A stretch of DNA of 64,000 nt from Burkholderiaceae bacterium (lineage in GTDB: Bacteria; Patescibacteriota; Saccharimonadia; Saccharimonadales; AQU-01): positions 124,032-188,031 of the forward strand of contig JAYVTZ010000002.1 of the NCBI GenBank assembly GCA_043788365.1. Direction: 5' to 3'. The notes under the pieces are model-generated. The model saw only the letters and a list, made by a program, of their open reading frames with translations. It did not search any database and was not told the origin of the DNA. Below are positions 27,870 to 38,739 of this stretch, piece after piece. The first letter of the stretch is position 1; every line of letters begins with the position of its first letter. The translations under genes were made by a program, and so were the position numbers.

Positions 27870-30614
27870 ATGACTATAACTAAAAAACTCAACAAAAATG
27901 TCACTATTGGCCTGACGTCCATGGTCACAATAGCACTAACACTAATATTCAGTAACCATGCTTATGCCGCAACATATACGGTCACCAATACTAATGACAG
28001 TGGCGCCGGTTCGTTTCGACAAGCTATACTGAATGCCAATGCCAGTGCTGGAGCTGATATTATCGCCTTTAGTATAGTGGCTAATTGTCCGCAGATTATC
28101 CCAACCTCACCACTACCGCCAATAAATTCCGTGACTGCTGGCGGAGTAACAATAGATGCCTCAACCCAGGCTTGCGATATTGGTGGTGTGGATGCCCCAA
28201 ATGTTATGCTCAGCGGCAATGGCGCGGGTGCTAATGCTATCGGCATCTATATAACCGGCAACGGTGCTGGTAGCAGTGTTAGGGGATTTGTTATTAATAA
28301 GTTTAGCGGCCAGGGGATATTCATTGATACCAGCAATGTGTCAATTTTTGGTAACTACATCGGCACCAGTTTTGATGGAACAACTGCAGCCGGCAATGGT
28401 GGTGATGGCATTGGTATATTCTCAGGCACATCTGTTGCATCTGCTAATAACAATACAATTGGTGGCACTATATCTAGAGACAGAAATGTTATTTCTGGTA
28501 ATGCATTAAATGGCATTGGAATTACAGCTCAGGTTGGTGGGAATGCCTCTAATAATGTCATCAGTGGTAATTACGTTGGTACGAATGCTACGGGTACAGC
28601 CGCTCTACCAAATGGTGGTGATGGCATACTCATTAATCATGCTGACGCCGGTGGACCTGCGATTGCCGCCAACAATACAATTGGCGGGACACTAAATACC
28701 ACGCCCGGTGGCGCTTGCACCGGAGCCTGCAATTTAGTCTCGGGTAATATAGCTAATGGCATGGGACTTTGGCACGGCGGAGTATCGGGTAGCCACGTTT
28801 ACGGTAACTACGTCGGCATTAATGTTACTGGCACTGCGGCAATCGCAAACGGTAATATTGGTATTGAGGTCAATGAAGCACCGAACAATACGATTGGTGG
28901 TACAACTCCGGCGGCTAGAAATGTTTTCTCTGGTAATCACGGCGCTGGCGTTTTCCTAACTGGAGCAGCAGCTACAGGTAATGTCATACAGGGTAACTAC
29001 ATTGGTACTAACGCAGCTGGTACGGGTGGTATTGGAAATACCAAAATGGGTATTGGCATCGGCGCCTCACCTAATGCGGTTGGCGCTAATAACGATCTAA
29101 TCGGTGGCACTGTCGGCACTACCCCAGGTGGTGACTGTACGGGAGCTTGTAATCTTATATCTGGGAATGGTAGTAATGGTATTTTTGTTACTGGAACAGA
29201 AAGCCAGGGACATATAATAGTAGGTAACTACATTGGTACTAACGCAGCTGGTAGTAATTCAATCGGTAACGCATTAGACGGTATTGGAATTCTTAATACA
29301 CCAAATACACGCGTTGGTGGACCGACTATAAACGAACGCAATCTTATGTCTGGGAATGGTAGTAATGGCGTGATTATCGTTGGAGCTGCCTCTACTGGTA
29401 ATAGAATCCAGGGTAATTATATTGGTATGACAATGGCTGGGACTGCCCTTGGTAATACCGCTAGTGGTGTCGCAATTTCAGCCGCCACCGACACGGCTAT
29501 TATTAGTAATGACATTGCTTTTAACGGCCTACTTGGCATAGACCTCGACAACAACGGCACGCCTAACTTGAACGACCCTGGCGATACTGACGGCGGTGCC
29601 AACCGCCTGCAGAACTTCCCTAACGTCTACGCCGTCAAAACTGTCGGCGCAACTACCAAGATTGGCGGCCAATTTAATGGAGCTCCAAGTACCGGCTTTC
29701 TATTAGAATTTTTCTCAAGTAATGGCTGCAATGCCGGTGTACCTAACAATTACGGTGAAGGCCAGACCTTCATTGGCTCAACTAACATATCGACGGATAT
29801 ATTTGGTAATACAGCTTTTGGTTTTGTACCGTCTTCATTTGTTGCGGGTGGTAAATACATCACTGCAACTGCCACCAAGAAAATTGGCACTGTGCCAGCC
29901 GAGACGTCAGAATTTTCACAGTGCATATTGGTTAATGTTGGTAAACCAGCGCTAACCAATGGTGCTACTTGGTTCTTAAAGAACGATTTAGTCACGGGGC
30001 CCGGCGACAAAGCTTTTGGCTACGGCTTCCCTGCCTTTTTACTGATGTGTGCTTGGGATCCTGTACAACCTGGCGTAAAGTTGCCGGTCGTCTTTAGTGG
30101 TGGCACATGGTATATGCGTGCCAGTTATACTACTGGTAAGGCAGACCTTACCTTCGTTTATGGCAATAATATCATTGGTGTTAGACCGGTTTGTGGCGAC
30201 TGGAATGGCGACGGTGTTGACACGATCGGAGTTGTTGACCTAAACAGTAACTGGTCACTCAGGAACACCAATGGTAGCGGCACCCCAGACGCAGGTAGTT
30301 TTCAATTTGGTCCATCAAACGCCAAGCCAGTTGTTGGTGACTGGGATGGCGATGGTATTGATACTGTTGGTCTAGTTGATTCTAGTAATAACTGGTATTT
30401 GCGTAACACTAATAGTGCCGGCGCAGTCGATATAAGTTTTAACTACGGCTACACACCGGGTTACCCAGTTGTTGGTGACTGGGATGGCGATGGACGTGAT
30501 TCTGCTGGCTCTGTCAGCACTGGTGGTACCTGGGCGCTCAGAAGCCCCGACGGCCAGTCAAGTGCCACTTTCCAGTTTGGCTTCCCTGGAACTACTCCTC
30601 TAAACTGGCATTAA
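27870..30614 (+). CDS. Large surface protein with parallel beta-helix repeats and C-terminal FG-GAP-like repeats
   Basis: Signal peptide; TVTNTNDSGAGSFRQAI; repeated N.I.GNYIGT/NTIGG units; three GDW[ND]GDG.D repeats. Confidence 0.85.
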   Translation: MTITKKLNKNVTIGLTSMVTIALTLIFSNHAYAATYTVTNTNDSGAGSFRQAILNANASAGADIIAFSIVANCPQIIPTSPLPPINSVTAGGVTIDASTQACDIGGVDAPNVMLSGNGAGANAIGIYITGNGAGSSVRGFVINKFSGQGIFIDTSNVSIFGNYIGTSFDGTTAAGNGGDGIGIFSGTSVASANNNTIGGTISRDRNVISGNALNGIGITAQVGGNASNNVISGNYVGTNATGTAALPNGGDGILINHADAGGPAIAANNTIGGTLNTTPGGACTGACNLVSGNIANGMGLWHGGVSGSHVYGNYVGINVTGTAAIANGNIGIEVNEAPNNTIGGTTPAARNVFSGNHGAGVFLTGAAATGNVIQGNYIGTNAAGTGGIGNTKMGIGIGASPNAVGANNDLIGGTVGTTPGGDCTGACNLISGNGSNGIFVTGTESQGHIIVGNYIGTNAAGSNSIGNALDGIGILNTPNTRVGGPTINERNLMSGNGSNGVIIVGAASTGNRIQGNYIGMTMAGTALGNTASGVAISAATDTAIISNDIAFNGLLGIDLDNNGTPNLNDPGDTDGGANRLQNFPNVYAVKTVGATTKIGGQFNGAPSTGFLLEFFSSNGCNAGVPNNYGEGQTFIGSTNISTDIFGNTAFGFVPSSFVAGGKYITATATKKIGTVPAETSEFSQCILVNVGKPALTNGATWFLKNDLVTGPGDKAFGYGFPAFLLMCAWDPVQPGVKLPVVFSGGTWYMRASYTTGKADLTFVYGNNIIGVRPVCGDWNGDGVDTIGVVDLNSNWSLRNTNGSGTPDAGSFQFGPSNAKPVVGDWDGDGIDTVGLVDSSNNWYLRNTNSAGAVDISFNYGYTPGYPVVGDWDGDGRDSAGSVSTGGTWALRSPDGQSSATFQFGFPGTTPLNWH

Positions 30615-30641
30615 TTTAGTGCCGGTGATTATCCGTTGACA

Positions 30642-32690
30642 CTAAAGATTAGTGCCATCATGTAAGGCGCTAACCAAACTATCACTAACCTGCTGTAGTG
30701 GTGCGTATAGTGCTGATTTTGCTGGTGATTGTATCCAGCGCTTGGCCAGACCCTCGACCACGTACTGCTGTAACCCAGAACCTTTAATTTCACGCTCGAT
30801 ATTATTGTTGTTTGGCAATAGGTTTAGAAAGCCGTTTGTAACTTGTGGGGTAGTGATAGTACCATTAGCCGTCCAGGAACCCTGAACTTGACCGTCAGGA
30901 TGGAAAGGTCGCTTAGTACCGCCGTCAATAACATATTGCTTGCCAGCCGAGTCATGAACCATAACCCAGCTCCATATTGAAATTATCGGTGTGATACCTT
31001 CTGGCACAATTGCCATTCGCGGTACGGCAGGCGTTAACCCAAGATTTACAGCGTGTTCTGGTGACAACGCATATAGGACTCCGTTATCAACAACAAACAA
31101 CCTAAGATCATTTGGGTAAGCCGAACGCACGAAACGAGTCAGCATATAATAAGGCGCAAACTCTGGCGAAATATCACGGTTCATTTGGATTGCACCCGTA
31201 ATCCCCCATGCATTACCAATATTTTGGTCTATGGTAACAAAAGCCCTACCTTCATTTAACAAATAGTACTTGCCTTGGAATATTGCTTTCGTGCTAGTAA
31301 TATCAGCCGCTTGTCCCATCGCCTGCAAGTAGCCATCCGATATTACTACGTGGTTTTGAGCCGTACCTTCCCAAGCTTTTTGAATATCAGCATTGGCATA
31401 GATATGCTTACTACCACCGTCGACTAGAAATATTGTGTCACTTGTGGCACCTTTAACGGAGTATGACAAATTACCCATATTAGTCGGTACTTGCCCAAGA
31501 CCAACACTGACATCCTGTATTGATGAAGGATTAAAGTTCCAGGCAGCAAGCATGTCAGCGCTTTTTATCCTATAGCAGTTACCACCATCAACGAAATAAA
31601 CATCAAGCGTGCCTGTTGGTCTCATTAGTCGCGTTAAGTCAGCCGCTTGAGGGAAAGAACCAAGGTAAGTACCCGGCCATTGTATTAGGGTAGTGTTCTG
31701 AAGTCCCCAGGCATTAATTATGTCAGCACTTGCTACGTAGCGACGGACGCCACGATAGACCACCCATTGTCGTAAGTCGCCATTATCAGCCGCTGATGTA
31801 ACTAGCGTAAACCCTTCGCCAGTAGTGGCGCCAAAATAAGTTTCAAATATATTTACAAATAATTGGTTGCCGTGAAAATGTGGCGTATAAACATATAAGG
31901 CCGCTGTGGCACCATTATCAAGATGAACAGTTGCATTATCTATGGTAGCCAGGCCGTCAAATGGTGCGGGTGAGGCGCTAGGGCAACGCTTGAATGAACC
32001 CTGAGTCATCAAGAATGAATAACACACCGGGAGGTCGTCAGAATTATCCCAACCAGGAATAACTACCGCCCAGTTTATATTGCCTTTTGAGCGTTGTTCC
32101 CAAAATTTGAGCTTCCAAGTTGCAGTTATTACCTGACGAGAGAAACCTACTGACGTACTCAAATTAACGCATATTCCTGTTACGCCCATCACTGGCACAC
32201 CATTTAAGCTATACAGCTCAAAACCAGAATAATCATGAAGTGTCACGTTGTCTGGACAGGCATTTCCCATAGCCGCAGAATATCTCAAGATACTACAGCC
32301 GCTACCTCCACTCACCAGACCCTCTTCCTTCTCAAGTGTCGTCAGTATTACCTGTGGATTTAAACCATAAACCTGTGCCGCATGATAGATAATCGTCCCG
32401 GCTGACACATCAGCCCCATACTTAAAACCAGTTGATGGCGCGTATCCGATGACATCTGGTGCGGTGAAGCCATTTTTGGTGCTAATACAACTGCTAGGAA
32501 ATCTTGAGCTATTCAAAAACGTATCTATTTGCGTAGCATTCATGGTGCCAGCGCTATCAAAAAGCCAGTCATCAATGATGTTATTAGAAATAAAGGCTGC
32601 TTTGGCGGTGGGCATTTTGTGAACGTTAAATATGACAATACTCAACAATGTTAGGGCGATAAAGATTACTGTCTTGTTCGTGTATCTCAT
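30642..32690 (-). CDS. Secreted protein with lysozyme-like/cell-wall-hydrolase-like N-domain and repeated C-terminal modules
   Basis: Signal peptide; IIYHAAQVYGLNPQVILTTLEKEEGL...NGATAALYVYTPH; repeated [VI][YF]xVDGGxK[RH] modules. Confidence 0.65.
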   Translation of the reverse strand: MRYTNKTVIFIALTLLSIVIFNVHKMPTAKAAFISNNIIDDWLFDSAGTMNATQIDTFLNSSRFPSSCISTKNGFTAPDVIGYAPSTGFKYGADVSAGTIIYHAAQVYGLNPQVILTTLEKEEGLVSGGSGCSILRYSAAMGNACPDNVTLHDYSGFELYSLNGVPVMGVTGICVNLSTSVGFSRQVITATWKLKFWEQRSKGNINWAVVIPGWDNSDDLPVCYSFLMTQGSFKRCPSASPAPFDGLATIDNATVHLDNGATAALYVYTPHFHGNQLFVNIFETYFGATTGEGFTLVTSAADNGDLRQWVVYRGVRRYVASADIINAWGLQNTTLIQWPGTYLGSFPQAADLTRLMRPTGTLDVYFVDGGNCYRIKSADMLAAWNFNPSSIQDVSVGLGQVPTNMGNLSYSVKGATSDTIFLVDGGSKHIYANADIQKAWEGTAQNHVVISDGYLQAMGQAADITSTKAIFQGKYYLLNEGRAFVTIDQNIGNAWGITGAIQMNRDISPEFAPYYMLTRFVRSAYPNDLRLFVVDNGVLYALSPEHAVNLGLTPAVPRMAIVPEGITPIISIWSWVMVHDSAGKQYVIDGGTKRPFHPDGQVQGSWTANGTITTPQVTNGFLNLLPNNNNIEREIKGSGLQQYVVEGLAKRWIQSPAKSALYAPLQQVSDSLVSALHDGTNL

Positions 32691-33235
32691 GGCTGTATTA
32701 CAAGCTGTACTGAATCGTCAGCAGTCTTAGTTTGATTATTAAGAGTCGCCCTGGCTGTAATCTTCCATGAACCAGGTGTAAGTCCTATGTCTTGTACTAC
32801 CCAGTCCCAATAAACTGTACCCGTACTATCAACTACCTTTGCAGGCAATGACTTGGTGCTGTTATCTTTTGTGAAGACAATCGTACAAGTGGCGCCGGGT
32901 GTCGTGTTGCACACCGACTGCTCATATTTAGTATAAATAGTGCCACTAATGCTTGAGTTATGGCTACTAACAAAATTACCAACTGGTGTAATTAGGTCTG
33001 CGCCGGCACTAGTCGCAGAAGTAGTTTGTTTGTCGTTACTGACAGTGCTGGTTTTAGCCACATCACTGGTTTTGCTAGTATTCGGCGCTGTCTCCTGCGG
33101 CTTAGGAGCAGTAACGCTTGGTGTTGTTTTTGCTTTTGAATTACTATACTGCAACAAAATAATTAGACCGGCAAAAAAAACTAAGATAAGTAGTGTGACT
33201 TTTAATTTGGTTGTTTTGTTTTTACGTTTTTTCAT
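32687..33235 (-). CDS. Membrane-anchored protein with S/T-rich linker and Ig-like domain
   Basis: One TM helix, S/T-rich stretch, beta-rich C-terminus. Confidence 0.65.
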   Translation of the reverse strand: MKKRKNKTTKLKVTLLILVFFAGLIILLQYSNSKAKTTPSVTAPKPQETAPNTSKTSDVAKTSTVSNDKQTTSATSAGADLITPVGNFVSSHNSSISGTIYTKYEQSVCNTTPGATCTIVFTKDNSTKSLPAKVVDSTGTVYWDWVVQDIGLTPGSWKITARATLNNQTKTADDSVQLVIQP

Positions 33236-33308
33236 GTCTTTATTTTACCAACTAATGCTATATATTATAGCCTCATAACTCCTAGATGTAAATAATCAGC
33301 TAGTGTTA

Positions 33309-33995
33309 CTAAGGTAGAGGAGTGGTCTGGTCGACTACAAATTTCAGCGTGCGTACAAAGTCATCAAATTCGGTAGTGCGGTCTTGTAGTTTACTGCCGG
33401 TATAGTGAGTATAGTTTATCTCAAAAAACCTACCTGTATTTGTTGGGAATTCGTAAGTTACACTGATTCTAGGTAGTGCGATTACTGATGTGTTTTCTTT
33501 CAGATGTATGCCCTGTTGACGAATGCCGTGTTTGCCACCAATGATAACGTCGTCACACTTATATTCGTTGGCCGGGAATTCATCATTACTATTTTCCCTC
33601 CTTATAAGCGTTTGGGCGCAACTCTCTGGATTGATAAAGTTTAAGTTTCTAACTATTACTCCAATATATCCACTGTCCGCCGGACCAGTACTACTTGACT
33701 CACAACTATTAATAGGACTATCGGGAATAATTAAAGAGTTTGTGCCCTTCTGGCAAGCCAACTCACTCCAGCCCACAGGCAAAATATATGGTTTAACAAA
33801 ATCTGAAGGATCTGGTATGGTGTCGTCTGCTCCTACTCTGACCAATGCTCTACCAGCAGCTTGTGCCTGCTTATTAATCTTATCGTTATTTCTGGCCGAA
33901 CCAACCAAGCGCCAACTGACTAGGGCCAAAAGGACAAATATGGCAACCAGAGCTAAAATACTCTTCGCATTAGTGTCAGTTTTACTACTCTTCAT
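33309..33995 (-). CDS. Membrane-anchored hypothetical protein
   Basis: N-terminal TM; LPVGW...EFDDFVRTLKF pattern. Confidence 0.65.
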   Translation of the reverse strand: MKSSKTDTNAKSILALVAIFVLLALVSWRLVGSARNNDKINKQAQAAGRALVRVGADDTIPDPSDFVKPYILPVGWSELACQKGTNSLIIPDSPINSCESSSTGPADSGYIGVIVRNLNFINPESCAQTLIRRENSNDEFPANEYKCDDVIIGGKHGIRQQGIHLKENTSVIALPRISVTYEFPTNTGRFFEINYTHYTGSKLQDRTTEFDDFVRTLKFVVDQTTPLP

Positions 33996-34015
33996 CGTAT
34001 TGCCTCCTTGTTCGA

Positions 34016-35905
34016 TTAATCAGGATGTACCGCTAGACCAAAGTTTGAGCTCAAGATATAGAAGTTCTTGTTGTAGTATGGGTCGTAGTCAATTTCTTTC
34101 TTCCACTTCTTTCGTATAAGTACAGCTGATTTATTAAGCTCAGTCATGTCTCTGTTCTCACTTACACGGCCGACAGATATAGATTCGTGATGAAAAAGTT
34201 CAACATTAGGCAAGTAGATATTTTTATAGCCTGCTTTCCTAAATTTTAGACACAAATCTACGTCATTAAAAGTCACTCTATAAATTGGGTCAAAGCCGCC
34301 TACTTCTTTAAATTTTTTGGCTGAGACCATCAAACATGCAGCCGTCACTGCCGTGATATCACGTACAGTGTCGGTATACACGGAGGTAAGGAAGTCATTA
34401 TGTTTATAGTCGGTAAAAATCCCAAGATGACCAGCTACGGGCTCTTTGCTGCCAATTCCTACGGCCACGCCAGCGTGCTGAAGTTGCATACTAGGATAAA
34501 GGAGTTTTACGCCAACGGCTGCTACATCTTCTTTCTGCGCGTATGCCAACATATCGCCCAGCCAATCAGGACTGATAATCTCAGTATCATTATTTAACAT
34601 AACCAGGTATTCGCCATTTGCTTTACTGGCTCCAAAGTTACAGGCATCGGAGTAATTAAAGGGTTGTTTTGGCCAGTTAACAATCTTTAGCCTATCGCTG
34701 TCTATCGATTTTTTTAATAACTTGTAGTATTTCTTAGTCGAGTCCTCAACCGACCCAGTGTCGACAATAATTATTTCAAAATTATCGTAGGTGGTCTTTT
34801 CCATGACGGTGCTTATGCAGCGCTTCAAATAATCAACTTTATCTTTGGTCGGTATGACTAGTGAAATTAATGGTTTATTGCTTAGCTTAAATTTTGATAT
34901 CCATGAGCCAGAAATCACACCAGCCCCTAACTCACTCACCTCTTGTTTAGTTCGCTCCATGTGAGCAATGATTGCCTGTTCTTGACTCTTTAGAGCATAG
35001 TCCTTGTTGTTCATATTAAGTGCCGTGGAGTTTGCGTGTGCGCGCCAACTGTAAAGAATGGTAGGTATATGGTAGATTTTTTCTGTTTTTTCAGTTACTC
35101 GGAAGAATAAGTCCCAATCCTGCGCACCTACTAAGTTTTTGTCAAAGCCGCCGACAGACCGAACTAACTCAGTGCGAATTACGCTTAAATGAGTTATATA
35201 ATTAATACATTCAAGTAAGTGTGGGCTCCAGTCGGGCTTAAAAAATGGTGCAAAATGTACTAGTCCGTTGTCTTCAACCTTATCTTCGTCACTATATATA
35301 AAATCTGCATCTTTATGCTCCTGTAGAAGCTTGGCAACTTCAAAGAGAGCATTTGGCCACAACAAATCATCATGATCAAGCAAAGCAATAAATTCACCGT
35401 CGGCTAACCTAATGGCCTCATTACTAGAAACGCTAATATGACCATTACGTCTTGATGTTTTTAATATTATCCTTGGGTCTTGTCTCTTGTCGTATTCCTT
35501 TAGACATTTTATAGTCTCACTACTCGTAGAAGCGTCGTCAACGATGCATAGCTGCCAGTTTGAATAGGACTGAGCGATTACCGAGTCAAGACAGGCTTTA
35601 AGATGGTCAGGGCTCGTGTTATAAACCGGTACTATAATAGATATTAGAGGCTTATATTTAAAGTCTGTAGATTGTTGCCGCTGTTCGGCTAAAATGTTTG
35701 CTGTCGGGTAGTTCATCGGCAGCCATCTGTTAAACTCATGTATGCGCTGTAGTTCGAGCCTGAGAGCCCTTACTTCACGTGCCCATTCTTCGCCACTATC
35801 TACCAGGGCTTGTATCTCTGCACGTGCACTTTGCTGCTGCCAGTGCAAGCTGCTTCGCTTAATAAGTGGCGAGATGGACTTGGCCTTTTTTATTGGATTA
35901 TTCAT
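34016..35905 (-). CDS. Tandem GT2 glycosyltransferase (rhamnosyltransferase-like)
   Basis: Two GT2 domains: ISIIVPVYN/VDDAS/LDHDD and ISLVIPTKD/LNNDT/AVTAACL/FNDVDLCL. Confidence 0.92.
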   Translation of the reverse strand: MNNPIKKAKSISPLIKRSSLHWQQQSARAEIQALVDSGEEWAREVRALRLELQRIHEFNRWLPMNYPTANILAEQRQQSTDFKYKPLISIIVPVYNTSPDHLKACLDSVIAQSYSNWQLCIVDDASTSSETIKCLKEYDKRQDPRIILKTSRRNGHISVSSNEAIRLADGEFIALLDHDDLLWPNALFEVAKLLQEHKDADFIYSDEDKVEDNGLVHFAPFFKPDWSPHLLECINYITHLSVIRTELVRSVGGFDKNLVGAQDWDLFFRVTEKTEKIYHIPTILYSWRAHANSTALNMNNKDYALKSQEQAIIAHMERTKQEVSELGAGVISGSWISKFKLSNKPLISLVIPTKDKVDYLKRCISTVMEKTTYDNFEIIIVDTGSVEDSTKKYYKLLKKSIDSDRLKIVNWPKQPFNYSDACNFGASKANGEYLVMLNNDTEIISPDWLGDMLAYAQKEDVAAVGVKLLYPSMQLQHAGVAVGIGSKEPVAGHLGIFTDYKHNDFLTSVYTDTVRDITAVTAACLMVSAKKFKEVGGFDPIYRVTFNDVDLCLKFRKAGYKNIYLPNVELFHHESISVGRVSENRDMTELNKSAVLIRKKWKKEIDYDPYYNKNFYILSSNFGLAVHPD

Positions 35906-36753
35906 AGTAGGGCCAGTATTGCGTCAGTCAGTAGTGAAAATATTGGGGTAAGTTTAGCATTAAAAGCGTCTGGTTCTGGCTTGATGTCTATCTCATGTTT
36001 CTTACTACCGAGCAAAAAGGTTCTGTATCCGGTCTCTGAGAAATCATTTGTCATGATATTTTCTAAGTAATATTGATTTAGTGCTTCGATTCGATCAACA
36101 AACTCGGGTTTGTTTTGGTCAAGCAAAAATCCGGCGCGTGTGACTAGCTGCCAGTGATCTAGGGCAGTATGTGAGAAGTGTCCAGTTTTAAGCTTAGAGC
36201 TACGTAGAGCCGAATGGGCGTCCCTAATGTCTGGCAGAGTGTCTTGCAAATGTTCAATTAGCCAACGATGATCTTCGCCAGTCATTTTCTTGTAAAAGTT
36301 ATTAGCCTCTATCTCTGCGTCGCGGACACCTGGCAGATTAAATGGCGCCGCTACAATGATTAGATCGTTTGTGACTCTGGCTGACTCTTTCAGAAAAGTC
36401 TCTCTATCTTGCTTGGGTATATGTTCAAGCACATCACAAGAAATTACCGCATCAAAACTTCTATCGGCAAAAGGCATTGCCAGCGCACTACCTTGTACAT
36501 AGTTAAGCGCTTTATTTTTGTTAGGTAATATATCAATGATGGTCAGGTCAACATCAATGAACTTAGTTATTAGGCTACCAGAGCCGCCAACGTCGAGTAT
36601 TTTCAGTTTCTTTATGCCTTGATGAGACTGATATGCTTCAAGTATTGATGATTGTAGTAAATATCGACTTACAAACGTAGGATCGGCTCCCGAATAATCA
36701 CTTGCAACTACTTTTTTTCTAGCTAATAGTCCACTTGGGCTCAACGTAAACAT
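35902..36753 (-). CDS. Class I SAM-dependent methyltransferase
   Basis: ILDVGGSG, GSALAMPFADRSFD and DVLEHIP; start codon uncertain. Confidence 0.85.
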   Translation of the reverse strand: MFTLSPSGLLARKKVVASDYSGADPTFVSRYLLQSSILEAYQSHQGIKKLKILDVGGSGSLITKFIDVDLTIIDILPNKNKALNYVQGSALAMPFADRSFDAVISCDVLEHIPKQDRETFLKESARVTNDLIIVAAPFNLPGVRDAEIEANNFYKKMTGEDHRWLIEHLQDTLPDIRDAHSALRSSKLKTGHFSHTALDHWQLVTRAGFLLDQNKPEFVDRIEALNQYYLENIMTNDFSETGYRTFLLGSKKHEIDIKPEPDAFNAKLTPIFSLLTDAILALL

Positions 36754-37930
36754 AACCGTGCCTTTCTTTACCAACAAATGTTATGGCATTTTTTAAACTT
36801 ATGTAGTCATGACTGCTTGTTTGGTTATCATTAAATAACCCCGCTTCGATTGTATATGAACCTGGTGAAAAAACATTATTTTCGACCTGAAGAGTTATCT
36901 TGCCCTTACCTTTATGCATCGTGATTGGTAGCTTGGCCTCCTTGGTATTTGGGCCATATATGCTGTCGTTCTTATTATTTTTGATAGCAAAACCAAACAC
37001 TATGTCTTCTAGGTCGTCGTAAGCTTCATATTTGAATTCTACCGAAAATGGATTTCCGGAGCTAATGATGTTATCTAACTCGCCGTTCGTATCTTTGACT
37101 TCAACTTTAGTTATCCGTACTTTGCCCGTACCTGGTCGATTATTCTTACCCTCTAGTTTTGTCGAGTCAGTCTGCGATACTTCAACCATATCAGGAAAAT
37201 TTAGCTTCTTATATTCAATCGCCGCCCGCTCCGCTACGCCGATGTATTGAACCTTGCTATCGTGAATCACTAGAACTCGATCACAAAACTGTTGAACGGT
37301 TTGCATATCATGACTAACAAAAATAATTGTTTTGGTTTTGTCTTTCTTCATTTGATCAAAAACATTTAAACACTTGCGTTGAAACCTTTCGTCTCCTACG
37401 GCTAAGACTTCGTCTATTAGTAAAATGTCATTATGGGCCTGCATGGCGATAGAAAACGCTAAGCGGACCTGCATGCCTGAGGAATAGTTTTTGAGTTTTT
37501 GGTCCATGAATTTTTCGAGTTCAGCAAATTCAACAATCTCGTCATATTTTTGTAATACTTCTTTTTTGGTTAGACCAAGGATGGCGCCATTTAAAAAGAC
37601 GTTATCACGACCAGTCAGCTCTGGATTGAAGCCAATGCCAAGCTCAATGAAAGGTGTTAGTGTGCCATTGACAGTAACTTTGCCGTCAGTTGGTTGGTAT
37701 ATGCCGCCAATTATCTTGAGTAGCGTACTCTTGCCGCTACCATTACGACCGACAATCCCGAAGAACTCACCTTTTTTGACCTCAACATCGATATCTTTTA
37801 AGGCATGAAAGCTCTCAAAGGTTTGCTTCTTAAAACTAAGCGCGTGTTCTTTTAGTGAATTGCGCTTATCGTGTGGTAGCCTAAAATCCTTAGAGACATG
37901 ACTAATTGAAACGGCTACATTGTCGTCCAT
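36719..37930 (-). CDS. wzt: Polysaccharide ABC exporter ATPase with C-terminal carbohydrate-binding domain
   Basis: GRNGSGKST, YSSGM and IDEVLAVGD; C-terminal Wzt_C-like beta domain. Confidence 0.93.
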   Translation of the reverse strand: MDDNVAVSISHVSKDFRLPHDKRNSLKEHALSFKKQTFESFHALKDIDVEVKKGEFFGIVGRNGSGKSTLLKIIGGIYQPTDGKVTVNGTLTPFIELGIGFNPELTGRDNVFLNGAILGLTKKEVLQKYDEIVEFAELEKFMDQKLKNYSSGMQVRLAFSIAMQAHNDILLIDEVLAVGDERFQRKCLNVFDQMKKDKTKTIIFVSHDMQTVQQFCDRVLVIHDSKVQYIGVAERAAIEYKKLNFPDMVEVSQTDSTKLEGKNNRPGTGKVRITKVEVKDTNGELDNIISSGNPFSVEFKYEAYDDLEDIVFGFAIKNNKNDSIYGPNTKEAKLPITMHKGKGKITLQVENNVFSPGSYTIEAGLFNDNQTSSHDYISLKNAITFVGKERHGYVYVEPKWTIS

Positions 37931-38734
37931 CTATAGATCCTCCGCAAAATAGGGCGCATTCTTACGGAAGTAAAGGCCGCCAACTATACAAATTACTATT
38001 ATTATTCCAAAGGGAATTAAGCGATAAACGTGTGAACCATAAAGCGTCGATATAGTAAGGGTTTTGGGTGTTATTAGCACTGAGCGCAAATCCTGAATGA
38101 TTTGGGCGATTGGGCTGATGATGAGAATCTTGGCGGTTCTAACTGGTGGCAGCCGTAAGTCATAAATAATTGGTGTTCCGTAAAACAACGCCTGTAGTAC
38201 AACTTCCCAGATGTTGCTAAAGTCACGATATTTAACAAATAATGCCGAAAGTAGAAATGCTATGCCTAGGCTAAGAGCGACTAGTTCAACAATTAAAAGT
38301 GGCGCCAGTAGAGCATTGATTCTCAGTGGCACCCCATTAAGAACCATAAATATGAATACTACGACCATGTTAAGTGAAAAATTAACGAAGGCCGATAGGG
38401 TCGTACTGACTACAATGACATATTTTGAAATACTAACTTTCCTGACTAAATCCCCCCGCCCCGTTATGGCATTTAAGCCACTCATTGTTGACTCAACAAA
38501 AAATGTCCAGACTACAATTCCAAGCAACAAATAAGCTGGATAGTGCGGTATGTTTTTACCGACTTTAAAAACTTGAGTGAACACAACATATAGCACTCCG
38601 AATAGTAGCAATGGCCGTAATAATGACCACAGGTAGCCAAGGACCGAGTTTTTGTACCTCAGCTTAAAATCACTGATAACCATCTCTCGCACTAGGCTGA
38701 TATTGCTTGGTCCAAACATTCGTTTCAAATTCAT
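37931..38734 (-). CDS. wzm: Polysaccharide ABC exporter permease
   Basis: DFKLRYKNSVLGYLWSLL.P; FYGTPIIY. Confidence 0.93.
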   Translation of the reverse strand: MNLKRMFGPSNISLVREMVISDFKLRYKNSVLGYLWSLLRPLLLFGVLYVVFTQVFKVGKNIPHYPAYLLLGIVVWTFFVESTMSGLNAITGRGDLVRKVSISKYVIVVSTTLSAFVNFSLNMVVVFIFMVLNGVPLRINALLAPLLIVELVALSLGIAFLLSALFVKYRDFSNIWEVVLQALFYGTPIIYDLRLPPVRTAKILIISPIAQIIQDLRSVLITPKTLTISTLYGSHVYRLIPFGIIIVICIVGGLYFRKNAPYFAEDL

Positions 38735-38739
38735 AGGGC

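Noticed and set aside
33523-34119. 198-aa plus-strand ORF and similar antisense ORFs (e.g. 3374-3817, 50219-50596, 61773-62255)
   Set aside because: Lie opposite well-supported genes, with no motifs or start signals
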